DNA from: a virus
Strand: one strand, 5' to 3'
Virus record (IMG/VR): IMGVR_UViG_3300045988_053272
DNA: 55,242 nucleotides
In this document: one piece after another, positions 7,092 through 15,898 of the stretch
How positions within the stretch are numbered: position 1 is the first letter of the stretch
Layout of the letters: each line of letters starts with the position of its first letter
Notes under the pieces: model-generated
Databases searched by the model: none
Seen by the model: the letters and a program-made list of their open reading frames with translations, nothing else
Told to the model about the DNA's origin: nothing
Translations under genes and position numbers: made by a program

Positions 7092-7301
7092 GTGACCAAC
7101 GGCAATAGCTGCAGGGAAACCCTTGAAGGTGAGTTGACGGACGATATTCACATTGACACATCAGCAATTCCCGAAAGCGTACGACATCGGCTCTGCGCGC
7201 TGACCCTCGAAAGGTTCAATGCATTTGTGGCGATACCGGGGAACGCTGAGTGGTTAGATGCCCGTATTGCCGCCAGAAAAGCGGCCAAAGCCGCTGAGTG
7301 A
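7092..7301 (+). CDS. Hypothetical protein (69 aa)
   Basis: ORF in track. GTG start after GGGGTG. Confidence 0.5.
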   Translation: MTNGNSCRETLEGELTDDIHIDTSAIPESVRHRLCALTLERFNAFVAIPGNAEWLDARIAARKAAKAAE

Positions 7302-7516
7302 AAGGAGTGTTGAAGACGGCATATTACCGGACTTGCCCTTACTGCGGCAGTAATAACGACCCCGGCGAGGCCTGTGATTGCCGCGCAGAAACAAAAAAAG
7401 AGGTCGCCCCGCTGCATCGGGAACGACCTCGGGCAAATGCTTACCCACAGTCAGTTTACCAACCGATCTGTGCGAAGTCAAGAGGTGAGGAGGTGCTACC
7501 GTGGCTGAAGAGCTGA
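7298..7516 (+). CDS. Small Cys-containing protein (72 aa)
   Basis: CPYCGSNNDPGEACDC motif. The start position is uncertain. Confidence 0.45.
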   Translation: MKGVLKTAYYRTCPYCGSNNDPGEACDCRAETKKEVAPLHRERPRANAYPQSVYQPICAKSRGEEVLPWLKS

Positions 7517-7878
7517 GAGAGCTCCGGCTTTCCAAGCAGATACCGGCCAAGGATATGGTCGCGGTGGTACAAGCCATCTACCCCAAGTACGACAAGACCG
7601 TTCAAAGCAAGTGCGAGAACGGAGAAGCCTACGGCGTGAGCCTGCGACCGGACGCGATGGCGGCGCTCTACGCGCACTTCGCGCCGGAGCTGGCAGCGAG
7701 CCGCAAGACGGCCAAAAAGGACGCACACCGGCTGACCTGTCGTATCTCGGCAAGGCTTGAAACCGCCGACTACGAGGCGTTGCAACGGCTGATAGAGGCT
7801 GAGGGCTACGCCACCACACAGGACTGGCTGACCGCCACCGTCCGCCGCTACATCGCAGAGGCAGGTGAAACCGAATGA
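7501..7878 (+). CDS. Hypothetical protein, possible DNA-binding (125 aa)
   Basis: ORF in track. GTG start after GAGGAGG. Confidence 0.55.
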   Translation: MAEELRELRLSKQIPAKDMVAVVQAIYPKYDKTVQSKCENGEAYGVSLRPDAMAALYAHFAPELAASRKTAKKDAHRLTCRISARLETADYEALQRLIEAEGYATTQDWLTATVRRYIAEAGETE

Positions 7879-8093
7879 ACTACGATCTGCCAGACCACCC
7901 CGTTATCCAAAACATGGAGCGCACCGGCTACCCGGACGGCAAGGAGCCGACCTTCCCGATTTGCCCCGTCTGTGGTGAAGAGTGCGAGGAAATTTTCAGA
8001 GACAAAGATTTGAATATCGTCGGCTGCGATATCTGCATCAAGCAGTCCGACGCATGGGAGGAGCCGGAGTGCTTCCCCGGAAAGGAGTATTGA
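7875..8093 (+). CDS. Small zinc-ribbon protein (72 aa)
   Basis: CPVCGEECEE ... CDICIKQ. ATGA overlap with the preceding gene. Confidence 0.6.
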   Translation: MNYDLPDHPVIQNMERTGYPDGKEPTFPICPVCGEECEEIFRDKDLNIVGCDICIKQSDAWEEPECFPGKEY

Positions 8094-8473
8094 TGAAAGG
8101 ACTGGTTATCACCACCGAAAACAAGATGCAGGTCAGGGAGTTCGGCGAGCCTGCGTATGAGACCATCGGAAAGGCTGTCGGCGGATGGATCGAGGTCGTA
8201 CACCCGAAGGGCCTGCCCGGTCCGTTCTGCATGGTCGTCAACGAGGAAGGGCTGCTGCGCGGTCTGCCGCTCAATTTGTTCGGCTGCATTCTCTACGATA
8301 CCGTGCGCCACGGAAATCCCATTGTCGGAGACATCGTGATTCTCAAAGAAGGCTTCACCACGCCCGGCGAGAGAGACTTTATCGGGCTGGACGAGGACGA
8401 CATCAAATTCCTCGGCGCAATGGCCGTCAGTCTGAGCGGCGGCGGTATCAAGTGGGAAAGCGAGGCGCGGTAA
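8093..8473 (+). CDS. Hypothetical protein, DUF3846-like (126 aa)
   Basis: ORF 7982..8473 trimmed to ATG 8093 (GGAAAGGAG RBS). The family call is from memory of the pattern and is tentative. Confidence 0.55.
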   Translation: MKGLVITTENKMQVREFGEPAYETIGKAVGGWIEVVHPKGLPGPFCMVVNEEGLLRGLPLNLFGCILYDTVRHGNPIVGDIVILKEGFTTPGERDFIGLDEDDIKFLGAMAVSLSGGGIKWESEAR

Positions 8474-8730
8474 TGGCAAGGTTCTATTTTACATACGGCA
8501 CGGACGGTCAGCCGTTTTTCGGAGGCTGGACTGAGGTCGAAGCACCGGACGCTCACGCGGCCTGCGCGGCATTCCGCGCCTATCATCCCGATAAGACCAA
8601 GGGCTTAGTGAATTGCTCCAGCATCTATGACGAGGAGAAGTTCAAGCTGACCGAAATGTACCGGGAAAGCAATTTCGGTTTCCGGTGCCATGAAATCATC
8701 ACTCTGCGGCGCGAAGCCGCTACCAACTGA
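8473..8730 (+). CDS. Hypothetical protein (85 aa)
   Basis: ORF 8185..8730 trimmed to ATG 8473, which overlaps the previous stop. Confidence 0.55.
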   Translation: MARFYFTYGTDGQPFFGGWTEVEAPDAHAACAAFRAYHPDKTKGLVNCSSIYDEEKFKLTEMYRESNFGFRCHEIITLRREAATN

Positions 8731-8744
8731 AAGGAGCTATCACC

Positions 8745-9701
8745 ATGATCAGAAACCCGAACGACATCCAGGAGGGCGCGAAGAAAATCCGCATGCTGAT
8801 CGCCGGTTATCCCGGCATCGGAAAATCCACTCTGGCGCTGTCCGCCCCCAATCCCCTGCACATCGACGTTGACTTCGGTATCGACCGCATCGAGCCGCGC
8901 TACCGCAAGCCGTACATCCAGCCCCAGAGCTACGACGAGATCCTCGGCGATCTCACCCCCATCAATCTTCAGGACTTCGACACGCTGGTTTTCGATACCG
9001 GCGGCAAGCTGATCTCGCTGATGTCCCTGTGGGCCATCAAGAAAGACCCGAAGTATGGCCAGCGCGACGGCAGCCTCTCCCTCAAAGGCTACGGCTTTGT
9101 CGGCAAGGAATTCGTCCGGCTGATGGACTACTGCTTCTATGAGCTGCAGAAGAACATCGTCATCGTGTTCCACGCCACGGAGGAAAAGGACGGCGACAAC
9201 ACCCGCCTCCGCATCAAGGTCGAGGGCCAGACGAAAAACAACGTCTGGGAGCCTATGGACCTGGGCGGCTTCGTAGAAATCTACGGCAATGACCGCACCA
9301 TCGGCTTCTCCAACTGCGAGAGGTATTTCGCCAAGGGGACGCGCGGCATCTCCGGCATTCGCAAAATCCCCGCACTCGGCCCGACCAGCCCTAACGACTT
9401 CCTGACGAAGCTGTTCGCTGAGTACAACGCCAAGGCCACCGCCGAGGTCGAGCAGAACGCAGTCGATCAGGCGGCATACGAGGCCGCGATGGTTGAGGGC
9501 ACGGCCATCATCGCCGGCATTGTCGATGTCGACACCGCCAACGCCGCCATGCCGAAATATCAGGCCATTAAGCACGCGCTGACCTCCAACAAGGAGCTGG
9601 GCGTTCTCTGGAACAAAAAGATCAAGGAATGCGGCCTGTTCTTCGACAAGGTTTTGAAGAAATACACACCCGCGCCCGAGGAGGCAAAGGAGGCGGAGTA
9701 A
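8745..9701 (+). CDS. AAA_24 / Sak4-like recombination ATPase (318 aa)
   Basis: Walker A GYPGIGKST near the N-terminus. Position within the recombination module. Confidence 0.75.
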   Translation: MIRNPNDIQEGAKKIRMLIAGYPGIGKSTLALSAPNPLHIDVDFGIDRIEPRYRKPYIQPQSYDEILGDLTPINLQDFDTLVFDTGGKLISLMSLWAIKKDPKYGQRDGSLSLKGYGFVGKEFVRLMDYCFYELQKNIVIVFHATEEKDGDNTRLRIKVEGQTKNNVWEPMDLGGFVEIYGNDRTIGFSNCERYFAKGTRGISGIRKIPALGPTSPNDFLTKLFAEYNAKATAEVEQNAVDQAAYEAAMVEGTAIIAGIVDVDTANAAMPKYQAIKHALTSNKELGVLWNKKIKECGLFFDKVLKKYTPAPEEAKEAE

Positions 9702-10313
9702 ATGGGACGCTACCTGATGACCCATTCCCTGTTGGCGTCCTGGCTCTACACCATGAAGGGAAACCCCTACGAGGACATGACGACAGAGCGCGATCCGATG
9801 GGTGAATTCATGCTGACGCTGCGTCGGGAGCCGACACCGACCACCGAGGCTATGCAGAACGGCATTGACTTTGAAAATCTGGTGACGGACATCATCAACG
9901 GCCGCGCCGACCCCAACGATCCGTGGCATGCCGCCGCAGAAAAGGTCGCCCGGCGCTGCGCCGGTGGCGTCCTCCAGTACAAAGCCAAGAAGATTGTGGA
10001 GGTCGGCGGTATGAGCCTTCTTCTGTATGGCCGTCTGGACTGCTTGAAAGCGGGGGAGATCATCGACATCAAATTCACCAAGAGCTACGACACCGGCAAG
10101 TTCTTTTCCAGCACACAGCACCCCACCTACTTCGAGTTAATCCCCGAAGCGCGGCAGTTTACCTACATCGCCAGCAACGGGCGCGATGTATGGCCGGAAA
10201 CATACTTCCGTGAGGACGCTCCCAGCATCTTCCCTGTCATTTCCGACTTCTTCGACTGGCTCCGGGCGGTGGATCTGATGCAGGTCTATCAGGAGAAGTG
10301 GGCGACGCTATGA
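9702..10313 (+). CDS. PD-(D/E)XK-type nuclease (203 aa)
   Basis: GRLDCLKAGEIIDIKF gives a D...D-x-K arrangement. Adjacent to the ATPase. Confidence 0.55.
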   Translation: MGRYLMTHSLLASWLYTMKGNPYEDMTTERDPMGEFMLTLRREPTPTTEAMQNGIDFENLVTDIINGRADPNDPWHAAAEKVARRCAGGVLQYKAKKIVEVGGMSLLLYGRLDCLKAGEIIDIKFTKSYDTGKFFSSTQHPTYFELIPEARQFTYIASNGRDVWPETYFREDAPSIFPVISDFFDWLRAVDLMQVYQEKWATL

Positions 10314-10849
10314 ACGGCAAGCTGAAAGACTGGTCGTTCTCCCGCACCGGAGAAAGCGTGCTGACCATCACGACCAGAGAGAGCTGCAAGAAGCTGTGGG
10401 ACGCGCTCGGCGATCAGGAGATTACATTCTCCATCAAAAGGCGCGTCATCCCCCGAAGCCTCAACGCGAACAACTACGCATGGTCGCTGATTGAGAAGCT
10501 GGCCGTCGCTGTGAAGTCGGACAAGGACTCCGTTTACGAGGAAATGCTCCGGCGCTACGGCACCGGCGAGACATACACCGACGAGGCCGGAAACGAGTGC
10601 AAGGTGTTGTTCTCCCTGCGGGAGGGCGTACCGCCCGCGCTGGTAGCGCGCCACTATGCCGAAACCGGCGTCGGTTATGTCGAGGGGAAGAAGTTCATTC
10701 ATTACCGGGCGATCAAAGGCACCAGCGAATATTCCACGAAAGAAATGAGCGTCTTTCTGGACGGCATCATTTCCGAGTGCCAGGAGGTCGGCATCGAAAC
10801 CGACACCCCCGAGCAGATCGCCAGATACAAGGAGGAGTGGGGACGGTGA
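10310..10849 (+). CDS. NinB/Orf-like or putative-HNHc-type recombination protein (179 aa)
   Basis: ORF 10298..10849 trimmed to ATG 10310 (ATGA overlap). The RSLNANNYAW motif resembles that family. Confidence 0.45.
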   Translation: MNGKLKDWSFSRTGESVLTITTRESCKKLWDALGDQEITFSIKRRVIPRSLNANNYAWSLIEKLAVAVKSDKDSVYEEMLRRYGTGETYTDEAGNECKVLFSLREGVPPALVARHYAETGVGYVEGKKFIHYRAIKGTSEYSTKEMSVFLDGIISECQEVGIETDTPEQIARYKEEWGR

Positions 10850-11196
10850 GCTACGGCGAAGACCTAATGATTGAAATGCTGATTAACGAAGCGGTAGAAG
10901 GAGAAGAACGGCGAAACGATATGTGCCGCCTGTATGGGGCTCTCGGTGCAAAGACTTGGATTTCTGCAAACGGAACGACCATCAGCATTCGGAAGATGGA
11001 TGACCGCCATATCCGAAATTGCATCTCGATGCTCAAGAGGAATATGCCGCTTTATGATGAGCCTTTCGATAGGATCGCCTTAAAGTATATCGAACTGCTT
11101 GAAGCGGAAATTCAGACAAGATACCCACCCAAAGATGCCTCCGAGGGCTTCTTTGGCGAAGAGGAGGACGAATTCATTGCGCAAAGTTTATTGTGA
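10846..11196 (+). CDS. Hypothetical protein (116 aa)
   Basis: In-frame part of ORF 10597..11196. GTG 10846 lies after AGGAGG; ATG 10867 is an alternative start. Confidence 0.5.
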   Translation: MSYGEDLMIEMLINEAVEGEERRNDMCRLYGALGAKTWISANGTTISIRKMDDRHIRNCISMLKRNMPLYDEPFDRIALKYIELLEAEIQTRYPPKDASEGFFGEEEDEFIAQSLL

Positions 11197-11578
11197 CTAC
11201 TGCGGTCGAGAGACTGAGTATGTCGACAGCAAGGTCATCTACGGCAAGAGCTACGGCAAAATCTATCTCTGCCGGAACTGCATGGCATACGTCGGTGTGC
11301 ATAAGGGGACGGATAAGCCCCTCGGCCGCCTTGCCAATGCGGAGCTGCGGAACTGGAAAAAGGCTGCACACGCCGCATTTGACCCTCTGTGGAAGTATGG
11401 CCGCTTTCGAGGCCATCGCAACGCGGCCTATGCGTGGCTTGCTCAGAAGATGGGCTTGCCCGTGGAGAAGACCCACATCGGAATGTTTGATGTCGGCCAG
11501 TGCCGCAAGGCCATCGAAATCATTGAGAAAGAAACGAAAGGAGACCGTTATGGAAGATATCAAAAAGACCCCCGCTGA
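11177..11578 (+). CDS. Zinc-ribbon protein, DUF3268-like (133 aa)
   Basis: ORF 11099..11578 trimmed to TTG 11177 after GAGGAGG. CDYCG ... CRNC. Confidence 0.5.
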   Translation: MRKVYCDYCGRETEYVDSKVIYGKSYGKIYLCRNCMAYVGVHKGTDKPLGRLANAELRNWKKAAHAAFDPLWKYGRFRGHRNAAYAWLAQKMGLPVEKTHIGMFDVGQCRKAIEIIEKETKGDRYGRYQKDPR

Positions 11579-11822
11579 GCTGGTCGCTGACCTGATGCTT
11601 GACCCCGGCTTTGTCCTCGTTCCGCAGGATCGCTACGAGGAGCTGATCCGCGCCGAAACGGAGCGTGATGTGCTGGAAGCGACCATCAAGGGAGAGAACA
11701 GCTACAATGTCGACAGAGTTCTCGCCGCCATTCAGAAGGCAAGAAAAGCGGCATGGCTGAAAGTGTCGGCGGCTGCCCTCAATGCCGAGGGAGCACCGGA
11801 GGCGGGAAACGATGCTGAATAA
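11550..11822 (+). CDS. Hypothetical protein (90 aa)
   Basis: ORF 11193..11822 trimmed to ATG 11550 (GAAAGGAG RBS). Confidence 0.5.
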   Translation: MEDIKKTPAELVADLMLDPGFVLVPQDRYEELIRAETERDVLEATIKGENSYNVDRVLAAIQKARKAAWLKVSAAALNAEGAPEAGNDAE

Positions 11823-12318
11823 GATTGTTGTCATGGGCCGACTGACCCGTGACCCGGAACTGCGCCGTACGCAATCCGGTCTTTCTGTGACCAGCTTCTC
11901 CGTCGCCTGCGACCGCGATTTCAAAAGCCAGTCCGGGGAAAAGGAAACAGATTTCATCGACATCGTTGCCTGGCGCCAGACCGCTGAATTCGTCTGCAAA
12001 TATTTCAGCAAGGGACGCATGGCGGTCGTCGAGGGGCGGCTGCAGATCCGCGACTGGCAGGACAACAATGGCAACAAGCGTCGGTCCGCCGAGATTGTAG
12101 CCGACAATGTTTACTTCGGGGATTCCAAACGCGACGGTGACGGCGGCGGTTATCCGCAAGGTGGTTATGCTCCACAGGGAGGTTACCCCCATCAGGGACC
12201 GAGCTACGGTGCGCCGGGCGGCTCCTCCTATGGCGCGGCCTCCGGAGGCTATCCTGCGTCGGATTACGGCGGTGACTTTGCGGAAGTCAGTGAGGACGAC
12301 GGCGAGCTTCCGTTCTGA
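11812..12318 (+). CDS. ssb: Single-stranded DNA-binding protein (168 aa)
   Basis: OB-fold N-terminus MLNKIVVMGRLTRDPELR, a Gly/Pro/Tyr-rich linker and the acidic tail DDGELPF. Confidence 0.9.
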   Translation: MLNKIVVMGRLTRDPELRRTQSGLSVTSFSVACDRDFKSQSGEKETDFIDIVAWRQTAEFVCKYFSKGRMAVVEGRLQIRDWQDNNGNKRRSAEIVADNVYFGDSKRDGDGGGYPQGGYAPQGGYPHQGPSYGAPGGSSYGAASGGYPASDYGGDFAEVSEDDGELPF

Positions 12319-12322
12319 TATG

Positions 12323-12344
12323 GTCGCCCGGGAAACCGGGCGAC
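12323..12344 (+). other. Perfect 9-bp hairpin with GAAA loop between ssb and the replication gene
   Basis: GTCGCCCGG gaaa CCGGGCGAC. No U-tract follows. Confidence 0.6.
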
Positions 12345-12368
12345 AGCCCACCGAAGGAGGTGAACACT

Positions 12369-13100
12369 ATGGCGAGCTATCGGAATATCAGCATGGACTT
12401 TTGGACGGACAGCAAGGTCGTCGATGACTTTACGCCCGAGGATCGGTACATCTATCTCTACTGCATGACCAATCCGCACACCAATCTCTGCGGCTGTTAC
12501 GAGGTCAGCATCAAGCAAATTGCCAACGAGACAGGGTACAACAACGATTCCGTGGAACGCCTGCTGAAACGCCTGGATAGCGCGCACAATGTCATTCGGT
12601 ACAGCGCGCAGACCAAGGAACTGCTGATCCTCAACTGGTGTCGATACAACTGGTCGACGTCCGAAAAGCTCAACAAGCCGCTGCTGGGCGAGATTCGCAA
12701 GGTCAAGAACGATCGTTTCCGCGAGTACCTGGCAGCGCGCTACAACGAGCGCTCTACCGTAACGGCGCAGTATAACGCTGCAGAAGATGACCGCCCCGAG
12801 GTCCCCCGCCATAAGCACGGCGCGCATGGATGGGTGCGGCTCACCGAAGAGGAATACGCCCGGCTGATCGACGACCTCGGCGAAGAAGAGTTGACGCGCT
12901 GCATCGACTACATAGACGAGTCCGCTCAAATGCACGGCAACAAGAACAAGTGGCGCGACTGGAATCTTGTCATTCGGAAGTGCAGCCGTGAACGCTGGGG
13001 CATCCGTGGCGGCAACGGCAGCCGGCCGAGCGCCAGCGGGAGCGCTATGGACGACCTGCAGCAGCTCCACCAGATGTACGCCAGCGAGGAAAGCCTATGA
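12369..13100 (+). CDS. Replication initiation / replisome-organiser-like protein (243 aa)
   Basis: ORF 12360..13100 trimmed to ATG 12369 (GGAGGTG RBS). The N-terminal pattern FWTDSKVVDDF...IYLYCMT is typical of phage replisome organisers. Confidence 0.6.
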   Translation: MASYRNISMDFWTDSKVVDDFTPEDRYIYLYCMTNPHTNLCGCYEVSIKQIANETGYNNDSVERLLKRLDSAHNVIRYSAQTKELLILNWCRYNWSTSEKLNKPLLGEIRKVKNDRFREYLAARYNERSTVTAQYNAAEDDRPEVPRHKHGAHGWVRLTEEEYARLIDDLGEEELTRCIDYIDESAQMHGNKNKWRDWNLVIRKCSRERWGIRGGNGSRPSASGSAMDDLQQLHQMYASEESL

Positions 13101-13651
13101 CGCACAAGGAAATGAGCGAGATATTCGCTGTAATGCTCCTTGCCTATCCGAATGCAGAGGTTTTCAAGGGCGGCATCGCAAAGCTCGGCCCTACCATCAA
13201 TCTGTGGGTGACCTGCTTGCCGGAGATCGACTTCTGGACGGGACAGCAGGCTGTTGTAAAGTTGGTGCGCGAGTGCAAATTCCCGCCGACTATCGCAGAA
13301 TTCAAGGAAAAAGCCGAAAAGGTGCAGGCCGAAGTGAGGGCGCGGATTGACCAGGCGTGGAATTACCTCAAGCTCGATATGGACCTTGGGAAAACGCCAG
13401 AGGAGGCTGTGGCAAGATTGCCGGAGGGAACGGATATAAGGCGCGTCATTGAGGCTATGGGTGGCCCCTCTCGGTTGATTGCAACAGGAGAGCGCACCTT
13501 TGGCGACGGCACCGTAAAGACATACGAGTATTACAACTACGACGGTTTCAAGTCCGCATATGAAACGATCATCCGGCAGACAAGCGCGCTCAACAGTGGG
13601 CCGCGCAAAGCGGTCGGACCAGGCATGAAGCAGATAGGAGGGAAAACATGA
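13097..13651 (+). CDS. G39P-like helicase-loader protein (184 aa)
   Basis: LLAYPNAEVF ... KFPPTIAEFKEKA resembles the G39P family. Follows the organiser with an ATGA overlap. Confidence 0.5.
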   Translation: MTHKEMSEIFAVMLLAYPNAEVFKGGIAKLGPTINLWVTCLPEIDFWTGQQAVVKLVRECKFPPTIAEFKEKAEKVQAEVRARIDQAWNYLKLDMDLGKTPEEAVARLPEGTDIRRVIEAMGGPSRLIATGERTFGDGTVKTYEYYNYDGFKSAYETIIRQTSALNSGPRKAVGPGMKQIGGKT

Positions 13652-14265
13652 AACGAAGAAGAAAAAGGAGGGCTTCGCCGGCGCCGCTTATCTGCCTGCT
13701 CGCAGTTTTAGCCTGCATCGTGGCTCTCCGCATCAGCGTCAGCGAGGAAACCGCGGCGTCGGCACAAATGACCGGCAAGTTAGAAAACCCAGCAACGACA
13801 GCACCTGTCCGGCTTTTAGAAGCAGAGATGACCGAGGCTGAGCAAGTTACCAGGGCCGAAGATCGCCCCGCCCGCGCAGCTCGGTATATCAACATCGAAA
13901 TGACTGACGAGGAGCTGGCAGAACTGGCTGCGGTCGTATTCCTCGAAGCCGGCAATCAGAGCGCCGAGGGGCAGCAGGCCGTTGTCGAAGTCGTTTTCAA
14001 CCGCGTGCTGCACTCCGCTTTCCCGGGCACAGTACACGATGTGCTGCACCAAGGAGAGGGAGGCGATGTTCCGCAGTTCTCCACCATCTACGCGGTCAGC
14101 ACCGCGACGCCGACGCAAGCGCAGTATGACGCCATCAACGGCGCTCTGTATGGAGATACGATCCTTGACGCCGACGTGGTTTTCTTCTCCCGCAATGGAG
14201 AGAACGACCGCGTATGGGGGCAGATCGGAGATCACATCTTCTGCCGCGAATACATCTGGAGGTAA
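13648..14265 (+). CDS. SleB/CwlJ-family cell-wall hydrolase with N-terminal signal/anchor (205 aa)
   Basis: LICLLAVLACIVAL anchor. Hydrolase_2-type core AAVVFLEAGNQSAEGQQAVVEVVFNRVLHSAFPGTVHDVL...QFS. Confidence 0.7.
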   Translation: MKRRRKRRASPAPLICLLAVLACIVALRISVSEETAASAQMTGKLENPATTAPVRLLEAEMTEAEQVTRAEDRPARAARYINIEMTDEELAELAAVVFLEAGNQSAEGQQAVVEVVFNRVLHSAFPGTVHDVLHQGEGGDVPQFSTIYAVSTATPTQAQYDAINGALYGDTILDADVVFFSRNGENDRVWGQIGDHIFCREYIWR

Positions 14266-14270
14266 CGAGC

Positions 14271-14453
14271 ATGACGCGAAAGAGATTTCGGCAAGCCTGC
14301 GGCATCATCGCCGCGCTCGGATTCCTTCTGGTCCTCGGAACTGCCGGTGCCAGCGATTGTGACCTTATCCCCATGAGCCAGATACTCCGGCAAGGTTGCA
14401 TCGGGCTTGGAATGCTCGCCGGCGGGCTATGGCTGGGAGGGTATCTCTCATGA
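14271..14453 (+). CDS. Small membrane protein (60 aa)
   Basis: ORF 14214..14453 trimmed to ATG 14271. Two hydrophobic segments. Confidence 0.5.
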   Translation: MTRKRFRQACGIIAALGFLLVLGTAGASDCDLIPMSQILRQGCIGLGMLAGGLWLGGYLS

Positions 14454-14962
14454 CTGTGAAGAAAGACCCGAAGCGCCAGCTGCTCGGCAAGATCGCAAAA
14501 GCCCGCGGTAAGCAGTTTGAGAGCCGCATCGACGATTCCTTTGCCTACTACGCACAGAAAGGCTTTGCGATCATCGAAAAGACGCCGGAGCCGATGCACC
14601 CCACGAAAAATCTCGGCAATGGCAAGTTCATCGCCTACTACGAAAAGCAGGCACAGCCGGACTATAAAGGCACCATCAAGGGCGGCAGGACGGTCATGTT
14701 CGAGGCGAAATTCACCGCCGCCGACCGAATGGAGCAGAGCCGCGTCCTCCAGAGCCAGCAGGACTATATGGACAGGCATCAGGCGCTCGGCGCTCGCTGC
14801 TTTGTCATCGCCGGTTTCAGCTCCGGCATGGTCTATTGCGTCCCCTGGGACATCTGGAAGACCATGAAAGACCACTTCGGCCGCAAGTATGTGACGGAGG
14901 CCGACTTGGGGAAATATCAAGTGCAGACGGCGTGGAATGGCACGCTGCTCCTGCTCAACTGA
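14450..14962 (+). CDS. recU: RecU-type Holliday-junction resolvase (170 aa)
   Basis: GKQFESRIDDSFAYY...IIEKTPEP...DYKGTIKGGRTVMFEAKFT matches the RecU pattern. Confidence 0.75.
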   Translation: MTVKKDPKRQLLGKIAKARGKQFESRIDDSFAYYAQKGFAIIEKTPEPMHPTKNLGNGKFIAYYEKQAQPDYKGTIKGGRTVMFEAKFTAADRMEQSRVLQSQQDYMDRHQALGARCFVIAGFSSGMVYCVPWDIWKTMKDHFGRKYVTEADLGKYQVQTAWNGTLLLLN

Positions 14963-14981
14963 ATTGAAAGGAGTTACCACC

Positions 14982-15665
14982 ATGAGCGAAATTTCCATGT
15001 ATGAAGCCCAAAAAAAGAAGATGCAGGGCCTGTGCGATGAGCACGATCTCGTCTATCGCTTTGAAAAAGACAGATACCCCATCATCTTTACCATCAAGCC
15101 CGTACAGGGCATGGACGCGCAGATTTCCATGCTGGAGAACGTCGAGGAGGTCGGCTACCGCAGCCCCGACGCCTCCATGTCCTGGATCTTCGAGGACGGC
15201 GGTCTGGACACGAAGGTAACGGGCGGCACCTTTACCATCAGCAAGACGCTCCGCACCAAGATCGAGTCCATTCTGGTGAAGATGATTACCTACTGGCAGC
15301 AGTATTTCTTCCGCGATGTGCTGGAAAAGAACGCATTGCGCAGCGGCCTCATGCCGGTCATTGACGAGGACGAGGCTGGCGATACCGACGAGGAGCCGGA
15401 GGACGAGGGGGATATGCAGGGCGAGGATGGCCCCGATGTTGACCTGGACGACCCCGACATTCAGCAGGCCATTACCATTGTTCGGGCAGAGAATAAAGCG
15501 ACTGTGGGGCTGTTGCAACGCCGTATGAGCGTTGGCTACGCAAAGGCTGCGCGTCTGATTGACGCACTGGAGGAGCTGGGTGTCGTCGGTCCGTATAACG
15601 GCTCCGATGGCCGCGAGGTTCTCCCTACCGACGAGCCTGACGACACGGAAGGCGGTGAAGATTGA
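14982..15665 (+). CDS. Protein with C-terminal FtsK-gamma winged-helix domain (227 aa)
   Basis: ATVGLLQRRMSVGYAKAARLIDALEELGVVGPYNGSDGREVL is a close match to the FtsK gamma motif. Confidence 0.7.
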   Translation: MSEISMYEAQKKKMQGLCDEHDLVYRFEKDRYPIIFTIKPVQGMDAQISMLENVEEVGYRSPDASMSWIFEDGGLDTKVTGGTFTISKTLRTKIESILVKMITYWQQYFFRDVLEKNALRSGLMPVIDEDEAGDTDEEPEDEGDMQGEDGPDVDLDDPDIQQAITIVRAENKATVGLLQRRMSVGYAKAARLIDALEELGVVGPYNGSDGREVLPTDEPDDTEGGED

Positions 15666-15895
15666 TGCCGACCGTAAATGCCAATAAGCATACCGCGCAC
15701 GACCTGCAGCTTGCCGGTCAGATGCGCCGCGAGGATTACAAGACAATCAAGCACATGGACAAGGCGACGCTTGCGGCCTACCTCAGCCGCGTGTGGAAAC
15801 GCGGGTATGACGCCGGGTATCAAGCCGCCGTTAAGTCAGTCGCTCCGCAGCTGCGCGAAGCTGCAGAACTGAAAGCAGCGGACAAGGAGGGCTAA
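15662..15895 (+). CDS. Hypothetical protein (77 aa)
   Basis: ORF in track. ATGA overlap with the preceding gene. Confidence 0.5.
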   Translation: MMPTVNANKHTAHDLQLAGQMRREDYKTIKHMDKATLAAYLSRVWKRGYDAGYQAAVKSVAPQLREAAELKAADKEG

Positions 15896-15898
15896 GTC

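Noticed and set aside
8625-10121. Very long antisense ORFs opposite well-supported genes. Examples: 8625..10121 (-), 498 aa; 37370..39361 (-), 663 aa; 40030..41982 (-), 650 aa; 43718..45226 (-); 46229..47437 (-); 53241..54656 (-); 25430..26626 (-); 34028..35065 (-).
   Set aside because: These are shadow ORFs, typical of roughly 60% GC DNA. Their composition is low-complexity and rich in Arg, Gly, Ala and His. They have no RBS. Each lies fully opposite a gene with clear family motifs (ATPase, sheath, tape measure and so on).
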